NCBI GenBank assembly: GCA_028068195.1
Contig: JAPTTX010000100.1
Location: 35,838-99,837, forward strand
Direction of reading: 5' to 3'
Source: Gammaproteobacteria bacterium
GTDB lineage: Bacteria > Pseudomonadota > Gammaproteobacteria > Acidiferrobacterales > UBA6901
DNA: 64,000 nucleotides
Both the position numbers and the translations under genes were made by a program. This document shows positions 9,748 through 19,293 of the stretch, piece after piece. The notes beneath the pieces are model-generated. The model was not told the origin of the DNA. It was given only the letters and a program-made list of their open reading frames with translations, and made no database searches. How positions within the stretch are numbered: position 1 is the stretch's first letter; each line of letters opens with the position of its first letter.

Positions 9748-11130
9748 TTACGCCCGGCCGATCTTTGAAATCACTTCCTGCAGTTTGCCGGACAGAGGAT
9801 TTCTCGGGATCTCCCTGACCGGTGTGACGCGCACGCCAATCTCCTGGCCCACGCGTTCCCTCACCTGCCTGAGCACCGCCGCCCGTGTTTCTTCTGAAAG
9901 TTCTTCACCAACCTCCAGCCGGACCTCCAGATCAGTCACGCTCTCTTGCACGAACTGTGCCGCCTTGATCTGCGGCAAGTCCAAAAACAAATATGACACC
10001 AGTATGCCGGCAACGATTGACCCGTCCGGCCGGACAATATTGTCCGGCATTCTTCCGTCGAACGACTTCAGCAGCGGCAGCCCTGACCCGCAGGCGCACG
10101 GCCCCGCGGAGAGCGTTCCGATATCACCGGTCCTGCTTCTTATGAGAGGCATTCCGTAATTGAGCAGGTCCGTGACCGTAATCTCCCCGGTCTCACCCGG
10201 TTCCACGCGGCGCCCTTCCCGCACGATCTCGAGGTAGACGCTTCCGGTATCTATATGATAGCCATCGTGCATGCTGCACTCGAACCCGACGCATCCGTAT
10301 TCCCGCGTGCAGTACAGATCGTAGACTTCGGCCCCGAATACCGCATTCAGGAATTCCCGCGTCTGCGGGGTGAGCCGTTCCGCGGTCGACATGATTGTCC
10401 TCACCCTGATCGGCGCCAGTTTCCGCTCCAGGATAAACCTGCCCAGCCTCGCCATCGCATTGGGATATCCGTACAGCACTGCCGGCCTGAAGCGCAGCAG
10501 GCGCGCGTGGAACTCTTCCATGTCACGCTCGTTCATGACCTTGCAGCAGACGGATTCCTGGCTGTCGGCAAAGTGCCGCAGGCGCTGCCGCAGCCCGCGC
10601 ATTCCGGCGGCAGGCACCTCGCTCTCCACCCCCCACAGAAGCGCCCTCCGTTCCCCGGGACGGTAACCGCACTGCTCCAGTATGCCGGTCTGACGGCCTA
10701 CGCGGCTGACTGTGCACTGATGGTTCCTCTGGAATTCCGTGCGCCGGCCGGTCGTTCCGCTGGTGAACTCGACATCAAGCTCGTGCCTCCCGAACCGCTC
10801 CGAAACGAGCTGCGGCCCCTTCTGCTTGATGATCTCCTTCGTGAGCAGCGGAAAATGCCGAAGATCTTCCAGCGAAAAGGCCGCCGAAGGCTTCAGGCCA
10901 AGATCCCTGCATAGGTCCCTGTAATACGGAGAAGTATCGCACGCATGAATTACGATGTTTCTGACCCGGACCTCTGTGTCGCGCGCAAGCATGTCCGCGC
11001 TCTTCCGCAGACGCCGCCTGAAGTCACGGCGGGCGGCCTTCCAGCCGGACAGGCCGTCACGACGGCGAAAGACGTCAAAGGCGAGCGACCTTAGACTTCG
11101 GTCAAGCACTGCGAACGGGTCGCGACTCAC
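9748..11130 (-). CDS. Adenylate-forming enzyme, phenylacetate-CoA ligase / CapK-like (paralog 2, divergent)
   Basis: FTSGTTGRR motif, YYRDLCRDLGL, and a C-terminal CACGSGLPLL segment parallel to paralog 1. GTG start with SD GGGGAG. Confidence 0.75.
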   Translation of the reverse strand: MSRDPFAVLDRSLRSLAFDVFRRRDGLSGWKAARRDFRRRLRKSADMLARDTEVRVRNIVIHACDTSPYYRDLCRDLGLKPSAAFSLEDLRHFPLLTKEIIKQKGPQLVSERFGRHELDVEFTSGTTGRRTEFQRNHQCTVSRVGRQTGILEQCGYRPGERRALLWGVESEVPAAGMRGLRQRLRHFADSQESVCCKVMNERDMEEFHARLLRFRPAVLYGYPNAMARLGRFILERKLAPIRVRTIMSTAERLTPQTREFLNAVFGAEVYDLYCTREYGCVGFECSMHDGYHIDTGSVYLEIVREGRRVEPGETGEITVTDLLNYGMPLIRSRTGDIGTLSAGPCACGSGLPLLKSFDGRMPDNIVRPDGSIVAGILVSYLFLDLPQIKAAQFVQESVTDLEVRLEVGEELSEETRAAVLRQVRERVGQEIGVRVTPVREIPRNPLSGKLQEVISKIGRA

Positions 11131-11192
11131 CGTGCGGTCTCCCCGACCGATCCGGGAATCCGCTTTCCGGGCCCCGCCATCTTGCCTCCCAT

Positions 11193-12752
11193 CTAGCGCC
11201 TCCCGCGCTCAAAAGCGGGGCGCAGCACCAGCACCACCTTGCGCCTCATACCGCCCATCAGGTTTCTCACGAATTGCCGCTCCCCTGCTTCCAGACCGAT
11301 AAACCATGCTGCGGTCAGGTACACCGCACCCCCTGCAAGCCCATACAGCACGATCTGCCCGTACCCTCTGGGATACGCAACCTCGCGCAGCCCAATGAGC
11401 ACTGCCGCCATCATAACCAGCGGGCCAACAAGGCGCAGCGCCGTCTCGCGGAAGTACTTCGGCAGACTCATGTCGAGCACCTTGCATGTCAAGGTGACCT
11501 CAAGCCCGGCAAGCACAATGAAGAATCCGGCAACGGCGGCCGCCACACCCTTGATACCCCACAGGTACCCGAGAACGATGCTCACACCAAACGACCCGAG
11601 CGCGAGGCCGCTTGTCAGCAGCGCCAGGCGCCCGTGCCTGCCGAGGCTGACCAGCAGACGCTCCCGATTTGCCGCAACGCCCTGCACGAACAGTCCCGCA
11701 CAGAGTATGTAGAGAATCCACCGTCCGCGGACAGCATATTCCGGACCTATCCAGACCCTTATGAAGGGTTCTCCGAGAATCGCCAGCGCCACGGGTACTC
11801 CCAGCGTCACGACCTGGAGAATGCGCGAGGTCTGGACCCAGGCCGTGCGCACCGCATCGAATTCGCCCCTGCCGGCCAGATCGGCGAAGTACGGAGTCAG
11901 GGGAAATCCTGCCTGCGAAACGAGAGTGCGCGTGTAGTCCACGAGACGGTTCGGCATCACGAAGTAAACAATTTGCCCAACCCCGGCGGTATAGGCGATA
12001 ACGACGCTGACCACCCGATCCACAAGCGCCAGAGAACTTCCGATTGCGGCGTTCTTTATCCCGAATCCGAGTAGTTCTTTCAGCATTTTCATGCTGAAAG
12101 AAGACACGGCGATCCGTATCCTGCGGTCCACGACGCCGATCCAGACGGACATCAGGAGGACCTGGGCGATCGTGCCAGAGAGCATGGCCAGAGACATCCA
12201 GAACAGCGGGGACGGCACTCCCGTGGTCAGGATGTGATACATGGCGAATGTCACGCCCAGGGTTGCGATCAGTACGATCCCGTTCATGATCCGGTGCGCC
12301 TGCAGGCCCAGCAAATATGCCGAAAGCGCAACGCGCGGCAGGTAGACCGCAAGATTTATTCCGAATATGAAAAGCACCGGGGTCAGCGAGGCATCGCCCT
12401 TCGTGTCGATCCCAAGCGGCAGCCCGGGAATACTCACACCGAGCAGCACAACGAGCAGCCCGAACGCGCCCAAGGCCGCCAGTCCGAACAGGCCCGTATT
12501 TACAATACGCTCCAGGGCATCGCGATCCTCGCGCGACTTGGCATCGGCGATGAACCGCACCAGGGCGCTTCCCAATCCCAGTTCCAGCGCACCCAGATAG
12601 CCGACCAGCGTTATGATCACTTCCCAGACTCCGTAGCGCCGGTTTCCGAGACTGTGGATCATGATGGGACTCATCACGAACGCGATCGCGGTATTGGCCG
12701 AGAACAATGCCACGCCTGACAGGGAATTCAGAAGGACGGCGCGCTTGGTCAT
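11193..12752 (-). CDS. Polysaccharide flippase, Wzx/MOP superfamily
   Basis: 519 aa and highly hydrophobic, with roughly 12-14 predicted TM segments and a MOP-like N-terminus (LLNSLSGVALFSANTAIAFVMSPIMIHSLG). Its start overlaps the upstream stop (ATGA). Confidence 0.75.
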   Translation of the reverse strand: MTKRAVLLNSLSGVALFSANTAIAFVMSPIMIHSLGNRRYGVWEVIITLVGYLGALELGLGSALVRFIADAKSREDRDALERIVNTGLFGLAALGAFGLLVVLLGVSIPGLPLGIDTKGDASLTPVLFIFGINLAVYLPRVALSAYLLGLQAHRIMNGIVLIATLGVTFAMYHILTTGVPSPLFWMSLAMLSGTIAQVLLMSVWIGVVDRRIRIAVSSFSMKMLKELLGFGIKNAAIGSSLALVDRVVSVVIAYTAGVGQIVYFVMPNRLVDYTRTLVSQAGFPLTPYFADLAGRGEFDAVRTAWVQTSRILQVVTLGVPVALAILGEPFIRVWIGPEYAVRGRWILYILCAGLFVQGVAANRERLLVSLGRHGRLALLTSGLALGSFGVSIVLGYLWGIKGVAAAVAGFFIVLAGLEVTLTCKVLDMSLPKYFRETALRLVGPLVMMAAVLIGLREVAYPRGYGQIVLYGLAGGAVYLTAAWFIGLEAGERQFVRNLMGGMRRKVVLVLRPAFERGRR

Positions 12753-13903
12753 GGTTTCCGAGCCGTCCGCGGCTTCTTTGCGATGAGGCGTGAAAAGAGC
12801 GCATCCACCTCCTGCGCGGTGCGCCCCGCATCAAAACGCACCCGGGCTTCACTTGTGTATGCGCGCGCCTCGCACGTTCCGGGATCCGCGATTCTCTCTG
12901 CCAAAGCGGCAGCCAGTCCGCGGGCGTCACGCGGAGATACCGGGGTGGCAGGAGTTCCCTTGATAATTTCCTCAAGACCCCTGCAAGTAGACGCCACTAG
13001 CGGCACGCCGGTAACCAGTGCTTCCATGGCCAGGAGACTCGCCGCCTCCCACAAGGACGGCATTGCCACCAGATCGAGCCCCCGCAACACCGGTCCGACA
13101 TCGGGCGTAAAGGGAAGAAAACGGAAGTGCTCGGCGAGGCCCTTGCGGCGCAGGTAAGCGGTGTCTTCTCGGATGAATCCGCCACCGCCGAATGCGAGCA
13201 CCACGGGCATCTTCGATACCTGCGGCATACGGCGCAGCTCGTCGATCGCATCGATGAGATAGACAAACCCCTTCGCCGACATGAACCGTCCGAGGAACCC
13301 GACGAGAAACACGTCGGATGGCAGCCCCAGCTCGGAACGGAAGTCGCGCGAATCGCCGGAATCGAATTGCCCGACGTCAATCCCATTCCTGATCGTCACA
13401 AGCTTGTCTTGCTGCCGCCGCATTCGCGGGAAAAATTCCAGGATATTGTCCTGGGCGTGTCCCGCTACGGAATACACCGCATCAGCCATTGGAAGGCCTG
13501 CGGAGAGAATGGCCTTTCTCAGCCTCCCCTTCAGCCCTTCGAACTGGTCGGCGTTGAACACCTCGTGCAGCGTCACCACATGCGGTGTCCGCGACATGAC
13601 CGCGGGCACCGCTGAACACATGCCTGCGGTGGCGCCATGAGAATGGATCAGGTCATACTTTCCGCGCAATATGCTGACGGCAACGATGCGCGTGAACGCC
13701 GCCATGTCCGCTTCACCGCCGGTGAGGACGGTTCCCGGATGCAGATCCTTGAGGTCATGCCGCAGTACCCGCAACTCCTCCACATCCGGTCCGATGATCG
13801 TGAAATCGTACCGCTCCGGGTCCAGCCGTCCATAAACGTAGCGCAGATACGTACGGATTCCGCCAACCGGCCAACGCACTACCGCCAATATCCGTTTCCG
13901 CAT
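12749..13903 (-). CDS. GT-B fold glycosyltransferase (GT4-like)
   Basis: The ATG at 13903 gives MRKRILAVV... (the track start at 13921 is a TTG). The C-terminal domain carries ...PSLWEAASLLAMEALVTGVPLVAS.... Confidence 0.8.
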   Translation of the reverse strand: MRKRILAVVRWPVGGIRTYLRYVYGRLDPERYDFTIIGPDVEELRVLRHDLKDLHPGTVLTGGEADMAAFTRIVAVSILRGKYDLIHSHGATAGMCSAVPAVMSRTPHVVTLHEVFNADQFEGLKGRLRKAILSAGLPMADAVYSVAGHAQDNILEFFPRMRRQQDKLVTIRNGIDVGQFDSGDSRDFRSELGLPSDVFLVGFLGRFMSAKGFVYLIDAIDELRRMPQVSKMPVVLAFGGGGFIREDTAYLRRKGLAEHFRFLPFTPDVGPVLRGLDLVAMPSLWEAASLLAMEALVTGVPLVASTCRGLEEIIKGTPATPVSPRDARGLAAALAERIADPGTCEARAYTSEARVRFDAGRTAQEVDALFSRLIAKKPRTARKP

Positions 13904-14165
13904 CACGTATGACGCCCGCAATCCACTGCCCAGTGCCCGTTCCTGCCCGCAGCTCCCATACCACCTTTCCGGTGGGCAGTAGCATCATTGCTGCGGCATG
14001 AGGCGCCCGCATCCGCCGCACCCGATCCCGAGTCGCAGGCAATCAACGAGGATCGGACCGCGCAGCCGATTTCCGGGTGACCGCAGCCTTCCTCCCGTCG
14101 CAACCGGCCACCTGCCGCCGGGTCCTGAGATGCCAGGCCCGATCGCGCGGCGAACCCGCGTCCGG

Positions 14166-15440
14166 CTATCCCGACTGCCATTCGACCTCGCTTGCCGATC
14201 CGGCCGCCTCCGGACTGACGGCGCACCGTTTGGCGACCAGACGCCGGACCACCAATGCGAGGCCGCCGATCAAGTACCAGTCAAACGTCGACAGTCCATA
14301 TGTCGCCAGGCTCGTCACCAGATACATCCAGACCCAGATATGCATTGCATTCGTCGCCGAACTGAGAATGTCCGGCGACTCCAGTGCCTTGCCCAGGTCG
14401 CGCACACTCGCGCGCACGTTCTTGAATATGGACCAGAGGTAAGACAGGAAAATGACCAGTCCGACTCCACCGAGCTCCTCAAATGTCTCCGTATAGACGT
14501 CATGCGACGGCTGCCAGTCTCCGAGCGCGTGGCCGTTGGCTTCCTCGGACGTTCCCAGGCCATGGCCGAAGATCGGCGCCTGCAGGCCCACTTTGAAGGT
14601 CTTGATCACCCCCTGGACCCGCCCTTCCGCGGTCGCCCCGCCGTCCACGTGATGGTCAACGGTCGACAAGTACCGGTCCCGCTGCAGCGGACTCATCATG
14701 CTCGGGACTGCGATGATCGCAGCGAGCACAATGAGCGCGGCCAGAAACCGGTACCGGCCCTTCCAAATCACCATCCATACAAACACCGTCAACCCCACCA
14801 GACCGGTACGGGATTCCGTCAGCGCAAGCGCGTACATCAGGATGCCGAATACCGCGAAATACAGCATCAGCTTCCAGGCCGACCGTCCCGTCAGGAAATA
14901 GTGCAGGAAGGGCAATGTCGACAGGATTACATAGGCAAGGCCGTTCGGATTGATGATGTCCACCGGCGCCCCGGACAGGCGGTTCAGAAAGAGGTCGGGG
15001 CCCATATAGGTCGAACCTCCCCAGTAGCCGCTGGTCACGTGCATGTACAGCGGCTCGGCAACACGAAACAGCTGTCCCCCTACAAAGCAGGCAATCAGAA
15101 GGGCCAGCTTTTTTTCGCTGTCCACGAGATATGCCGTGAAGAAAAAAAACACGATGGACTTCGTCAGGCCCGGAATTCCCGTATGCAATACGCTGCCCGG
15201 CCATTTCACGAGAAACAATGTCGCCAGCACGTACGCGATGAGCAGCCACAGGATGCCCTCGGAATTTCCTTCAACCTGTTGCCGCTCCCCTGCGCTGCCG
15301 CGCGTCGCGATCGCCAGGGTGATTGCCGCCATCAGGAGAAGATCCGATCTGATCTCCGCCAGCGGCAAGAATCGCGCCGGAAGATGCAGAAGAAAACTGG
15401 CCATAAAGACCAGGTATAGCCTGAATCCCACGTTATCCAT
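14166..15440 (-). CDS. O-antigen ligase/polymerase-like (Wzy_C) integral membrane protein
   Basis: Multi-TM protein with LTESRTGLVGL, GHGLGT and SHDVYTETFEELGGVGLV, which resembles the Wzy_C/O-antigen-ligase signature. I prefer the ATG at 15440; the track start at 15452 is a GTG. Confidence 0.7.
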   Translation of the reverse strand: MDNVGFRLYLVFMASFLLHLPARFLPLAEIRSDLLLMAAITLAIATRGSAGERQQVEGNSEGILWLLIAYVLATLFLVKWPGSVLHTGIPGLTKSIVFFFFTAYLVDSEKKLALLIACFVGGQLFRVAEPLYMHVTSGYWGGSTYMGPDLFLNRLSGAPVDIINPNGLAYVILSTLPFLHYFLTGRSAWKLMLYFAVFGILMYALALTESRTGLVGLTVFVWMVIWKGRYRFLAALIVLAAIIAVPSMMSPLQRDRYLSTVDHHVDGGATAEGRVQGVIKTFKVGLQAPIFGHGLGTSEEANGHALGDWQPSHDVYTETFEELGGVGLVIFLSYLWSIFKNVRASVRDLGKALESPDILSSATNAMHIWVWMYLVTSLATYGLSTFDWYLIGGLALVVRRLVAKRCAVSPEAAGSASEVEWQSG

Positions 15441-15478
15441 TGCGTTGCCCACTTCGTTACCCGCTGTGTAACCGGACC

Positions 15479-16618
15479 CTACCGCTGTCGACCCTGGCTG
15501 GCCAGGACACGACGATAGACCGAAAGATACCCCTCCGCCATGCGCTCGCTCGTGTACGATGCAGCAAATGCGCGATGCGCAGAGTCCGCCATCGCCGAGG
15601 CCTGCTCTGGATCGTTCATCACCTTGGCGACCGCGCGCGCAAGCAGTTCGGGCTCCGCCGGCTGCACAAGCAATGCTTCCCGTCCGTTCCGAAGTACACC
15701 GGGAATGGCACCCACGGACGTCGCTACAATGGGCGTTCTCGCCCGTGCCGCCTCCAGCAGACTCATCGGCAGCCCCTCGGTCAGCGAACTGATGACAAAG
15801 ACGTCAAATAGACCCAGAAATCTTTCGGCTCCGCGACGGTAACCCGCCAATCGCACGCTGTCCTGCAATTCCAGGCGGTTGGCCTGCGCCTGCAGATTCG
15901 CGCGCTCCGGCCCCTCGCCGATGATTATCAGCCGGATCCTTCTGCCTTCTGACCGCAGAACGGCCATAGCCTCCAGAAGGTGATGATATGCCTTTTCCGG
16001 TGACAGCCGGCCGATGGCGCCAATCGTGAATCCGCCACCGCTGAATTCCGCCAGATCCCCCACCTCGTCGGCTTCCGGCATTCCCGCGTCAGCCACCGCC
16101 GGAATGCCGTTCGGAATCACCGTCATCCGCTGACGGACGGCATTGGCGATGCGGCGGTCCTCGAGCATCTGTGCGCTGACGGCGACAATGGCATCGTGAA
16201 ACCGCAGGCTTATCCGGTCCATCCGTTCATACAGGCGCAGCGCGCCTTGCGCGCTGGTGGCAGTCCAGCCATGCAGGGTGCTAACCAGTGGTATGTGACG
16301 CACATATGCCGGGACCCCGCCGACAAGAATGTTCCCCTTGTAACCGTGCGAATGGAGCACATCGAAGCCTTGCCGTTTCGCGTACCGGAGGATTCCCAGG
16401 GCTCCGGAGAAATTCAGGCCGCGCCGCATGCGGACACGGCAAACCGGAATCCCGAGCTCTTCGGCGGCTCCTTCCAGTTCCTTGTGGGCAATATGAGGTT
16501 CCGCGATGCTGCAGATCACTGGCGCGATGCCTTGCGCCTGTTGGGCCTTCGCCAGGTGCAGGAGCATCGTTTCGGCACCGTACAGCCCGCCGCTGTCGAT
16601 AACATGAAGCACTCTCAC
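15479..16618 (-). CDS. GT-B fold glycosyltransferase (GT4-like)
   Basis: (M)RVLHVIDSGGLYGAE at the N-terminus and ...SSLTEGLPMSLLEAARARTPIVATSVGAIP in the C-terminal domain. GTG start with SD GGAAGGA. Confidence 0.85.
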   Translation of the reverse strand: MRVLHVIDSGGLYGAETMLLHLAKAQQAQGIAPVICSIAEPHIAHKELEGAAEELGIPVCRVRMRRGLNFSGALGILRYAKRQGFDVLHSHGYKGNILVGGVPAYVRHIPLVSTLHGWTATSAQGALRLYERMDRISLRFHDAIVAVSAQMLEDRRIANAVRQRMTVIPNGIPAVADAGMPEADEVGDLAEFSGGGFTIGAIGRLSPEKAYHHLLEAMAVLRSEGRRIRLIIIGEGPERANLQAQANRLELQDSVRLAGYRRGAERFLGLFDVFVISSLTEGLPMSLLEAARARTPIVATSVGAIPGVLRNGREALLVQPAEPELLARAVAKVMNDPEQASAMADSAHRAFAASYTSERMAEGYLSVYRRVLASQGRQR

Positions 16619-16641
16619 TGCGGCGGTCCTTCCGCGACGGG

Positions 16642-17703
16642 CTAGAATTCGAACCCAACGCGCGGCGCGTCGGCACGGCTCCAGCTGTCGAAAGCGCCCC
16701 GGAACGAGAGCACGATCTGAAACTCACGCATGTCGCACCCGATCGAGTATCGCCCCACTTCGAAGCGGTCCGCGGTTCCCGCCTCGGGAAACGCCACCGC
16801 CGCCGTCTGGTAACCGGCGCTATCGACCATACGCTTCACCCGTATGTCATAGTCGTACCTGCCGCCGTTTGGATACGAAAACGAAAGCACCGGCTGTCCG
16901 ATCATTTCTTCGATCCTGCGCTTACATCCCACGATCTCATCCGCAAGCTGCGCTTCGGGGATCTTGACGAGCCTCGCGTGCGTGACCGTGTGGGCACCGA
17001 TCTCGATGCCTGACTGGCTCATCTCCCGCAGCTGCTGCCATGAAACCGGCGCGTAGTCACCGGGCGGCTCCTCCGGCGTTCTGACGTCCAGGCGCTGCGC
17101 CAGGTCGGCGAGGAAACGATTCTTCTCCTGTTCGCCGAGCGAAAGGCAGTACTGACAGATTTCGACCCATAGCTTCCGCCTTCCCTCCATATCCGCGGAA
17201 CTGCAGTAGCGTTCGCGCCCCTCGATACTGAGCGGCCACTGACTGAGTCCTGTGTTTTCCAGCACGTACGCCACCTTGTCGGGCCACAGCCACAATTTCC
17301 GGTCCACAAATCCGGTGGTTACGTAAAACGTCGCCGGGACGTTGTGCCTGCTCAACACCGGAAACGCCTGCGTATAGAAGTCCCGATATCCGTCATCCAC
17401 TGTAATGACGGCGGCGTTGTCCGGGATCCGGTTTCCAGCCCGCAGCATCTCGCCGAGCTCGGCCATCGCCATAACATGGCAATGGCGCTTGAGAAACATC
17501 ACCTGCTGCTCGAACGCGTCGGCGCTGGTTCTTCGCCCCTCGCTGTCCGATCCGAAACGGTGATACAGCAGAATCCTCGGAATGCGCCTCGTCATCCAGC
17601 GGACCACGCGCAACCCGCCGACCGCACAGAACGCATCAGCGGCCCGGCGTTTCAGACCTGAACGTCCGGCTTTTGCCTCACTTTTAGTGTCACATTCGTC
17701 CAT
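16642..17703 (-). CDS. Polysaccharide deacetylase (CE4 / NodB-homology)
   Basis: ITVDDGYRDFYTQAFPVLSRHNVPATFYV and IGAHTVTHARL motifs. The start is uncertain: either the ATG at 17703, directly after a G9 tract, or an internal Met at 17595 (MTRRIPRILLYHRF). Confidence 0.8.
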   Translation of the reverse strand: MDECDTKSEAKAGRSGLKRRAADAFCAVGGLRVVRWMTRRIPRILLYHRFGSDSEGRRTSADAFEQQVMFLKRHCHVMAMAELGEMLRAGNRIPDNAAVITVDDGYRDFYTQAFPVLSRHNVPATFYVTTGFVDRKLWLWPDKVAYVLENTGLSQWPLSIEGRERYCSSADMEGRRKLWVEICQYCLSLGEQEKNRFLADLAQRLDVRTPEEPPGDYAPVSWQQLREMSQSGIEIGAHTVTHARLVKIPEAQLADEIVGCKRRIEEMIGQPVLSFSYPNGGRYDYDIRVKRMVDSAGYQTAAVAFPEAGTADRFEVGRYSIGCDMREFQIVLSFRGAFDSWSRADAPRVGFEF

Positions 17704-17712
17704 CCCCCCCCC
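17704..17712 (-). repeat. Homopolymeric G9 tract (C9 on the plus strand) abutting the first ATG of the CE4 deacetylase ORF
   Basis: The plus strand reads cat-ccccccccc-ttc at 17701..17715. A second C6 run lies at 17732..17737. The tract itself is certain; any phase-variable role is speculative. Confidence 0.8.
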
Positions 17713-18171
17713 TTCTTTGCAGCTAAGCTTCTCCCCCCAAGTCTAGTCGGTTCCTTAAAGCAAATCGTCCGGGTCGGCGACACTCGTTCCTGACCCTGCT
17801 CCCGCACAGGTCCCGCACCCGGCACGCATGGCCTGTCCCCCATCCGTCCCGTCAGGCCGCCTAGGGCACACCGCGCAGTCCGTGGCGGGTGCCGCTCCCG
17901 GTTGGACGCCGCGCAAGCCCCGGCCCCTAAATATCGCGATGCCGACGCAAGGCAGGTTGACGCATCCACAGGGCTTGGCGAGAGGATCCCGCGCGTGAAA
18001 CGCCCCGAGCAGACCCCGGGCAAGACCGAGGCAACCCGGGCCTTGCACGGGAGCCGCCTGACCCGCTTTGTCAAGGTCTTTGCCAGCCAGGCACCGGGGC
18101 GCTCCGCAGCAGGGCGCCGCTCCGGCATCGCAATCTGCCCGCCCGACATCGGGTTCAGCGTGGCAACCTCC

Positions 18172-19293
18172 TCATGCGGTCAGACGGGCATACAGCTCTT
18201 CATGCGCGGCGACCATCTGGCGCATGTCATATCTGTCGGTTGCCGTCCTGTGGGCATTTTCTCCGAAGGTTCTCGCAAGGCCCGGGTCGCCCAATAGGCG
18301 CATGATGCGCTCCGCAAGCGCCGCGATGTCACCGGGCGGCACCAGAAACCCGCTGTATCCGTCCGCCACCATTTCAGCGTTTCCGCCGACGTTGGTGCAC
18401 ACCACCGGCTTTCCGGATCCCATGTATTCAAGAATTGCATTTGAAAACCCTTCCGATTCCGAACAGAGGACTCCGACCGTGAACTCCCGCACGATCGGCG
18501 TCGCATCCGCCACCTGGCCGGCAAATACCACGCGGTCAGCGACGCCGCTGTCCCGCGCCAGTTCCCGCAACTCGTTCTCGAGTTTCCCGCCACCAACAAT
18601 GACGAGCCACGCTCCCGCATAGGTGCCGCGCACCCGCACAAACGCCCGGATGAGGTCACCGATTCTCTTGATCGCCCGCAGATTGGCCACGATTCCGATA
18701 ATGGGGCCTTCGTCCCCGACCCCGAGCGCTCTGCGGACCCCCTCCGGCGACAGGTCCTCTCTCTGCGCCCGACGGCAGCCGTTGTAGATCACCGCGACCC
18801 GCCCGTCCGGGTAGCCCTCATTGGCGCGCACCGAAGCCTTCACGGCGTGGCTGTTGGCGATTACCCGGTCGACGAAGAGGCGATTTGCCCTCAATAGCCG
18901 CCGGTTCACGGGGCTGTACCAGAATCCCATGTCCCGCCTGGAGACCACCACCTTCAATCCGCTCAGCTTGAGAAACGGTGGCGCAATGATCGACGCGTCG
19001 TTGAAAAATATGTGCGCGATCGCAAACTCGCCCTTCCGCAGCGTTCTAGTGTACCGGTACAGCCGCAGCATGCTCGATGCGCTTGCGATCTTGTCAATGC
19101 CGAGCACCTCGACCGGGCAGTCGAATTCATTCCCCGACCGGAGGTACTGGCTGTCGCGGAAGACGGCAACGTGCGGCGTGAACCGGCTTCGGTCCAGGCT
19201 GCGGATGAGCTCCAGCATCTGCTGCTCCGTACCGGCACGGGGGTGCTCGTACGTGTCCATCAGATAGAGCACCTTGGTCGGCGCGCGATTCAT
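18172..19293 (-). CDS. GT-B fold glycosyltransferase (GT4-like)
   Basis: I prefer the ATG at 19293 (MNRAPTKVLYLMD...), which overlaps the upstream TAA by 1 nt (TAATG). The C-terminal domain carries CSESEGFSNAILEYMGSGKPVVCTNVGGNAE. Confidence 0.85.
   Translation of the reverse strand: MNRAPTKVLYLMDTYEHPRAGTEQQMLELIRSLDRSRFTPHVAVFRDSQYLRSGNEFDCPVEVLGIDKIASASSMLRLYRYTRTLRKGEFAIAHIFFNDASIIAPPFLKLSGLKVVVSRRDMGFWYSPVNRRLLRANRLFVDRVIANSHAVKASVRANEGYPDGRVAVIYNGCRRAQREDLSPEGVRRALGVGDEGPIIGIVANLRAIKRIGDLIRAFVRVRGTYAGAWLVIVGGGKLENELRELARDSGVADRVVFAGQVADATPIVREFTVGVLCSESEGFSNAILEYMGSGKPVVCTNVGGNAEMVADGYSGFLVPPGDIAALAERIMRLLGDPGLARTFGENAHRTATDRYDMRQMVAAHEELYARLTA

Noticed and set aside
13879-13886. A minus-strand GGCGGTAG identical to the 8-nt core of the RfaH ops/JUMPstart element.
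   Set aside because: It lies inside the GT4 coding sequence (codons 6-9), and the downstream bases (TGCG) do not fit GGCGGTAGnnTG. One or two chance occurrences of an 8-mer are expected in 128 kb of two-strand sequence.
13903-14226. A 107-aa minus-strand ORF whose TGA overlaps the GT4 ATG (TGATG), suggestive of translational coupling.
   Set aside because: The sequence is Gly/Arg/Ala low-complexity. Hand-counted GC3 is only about 60 percent, below neighbouring genes. The ORF would overlap the 3' end of the Wzy-like gene.
16645-16656. GAATTCGAACCC, whose reverse complement GGGTTCGAATTC resembles a tRNA T-arm.
   Set aside because: It encodes the C-terminus (…VGFEF) of the CE4 deacetylase. No acceptor or anticodon stems can be drawn around it. 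No other tRNA-like sequence was seen in the intergenic regions.
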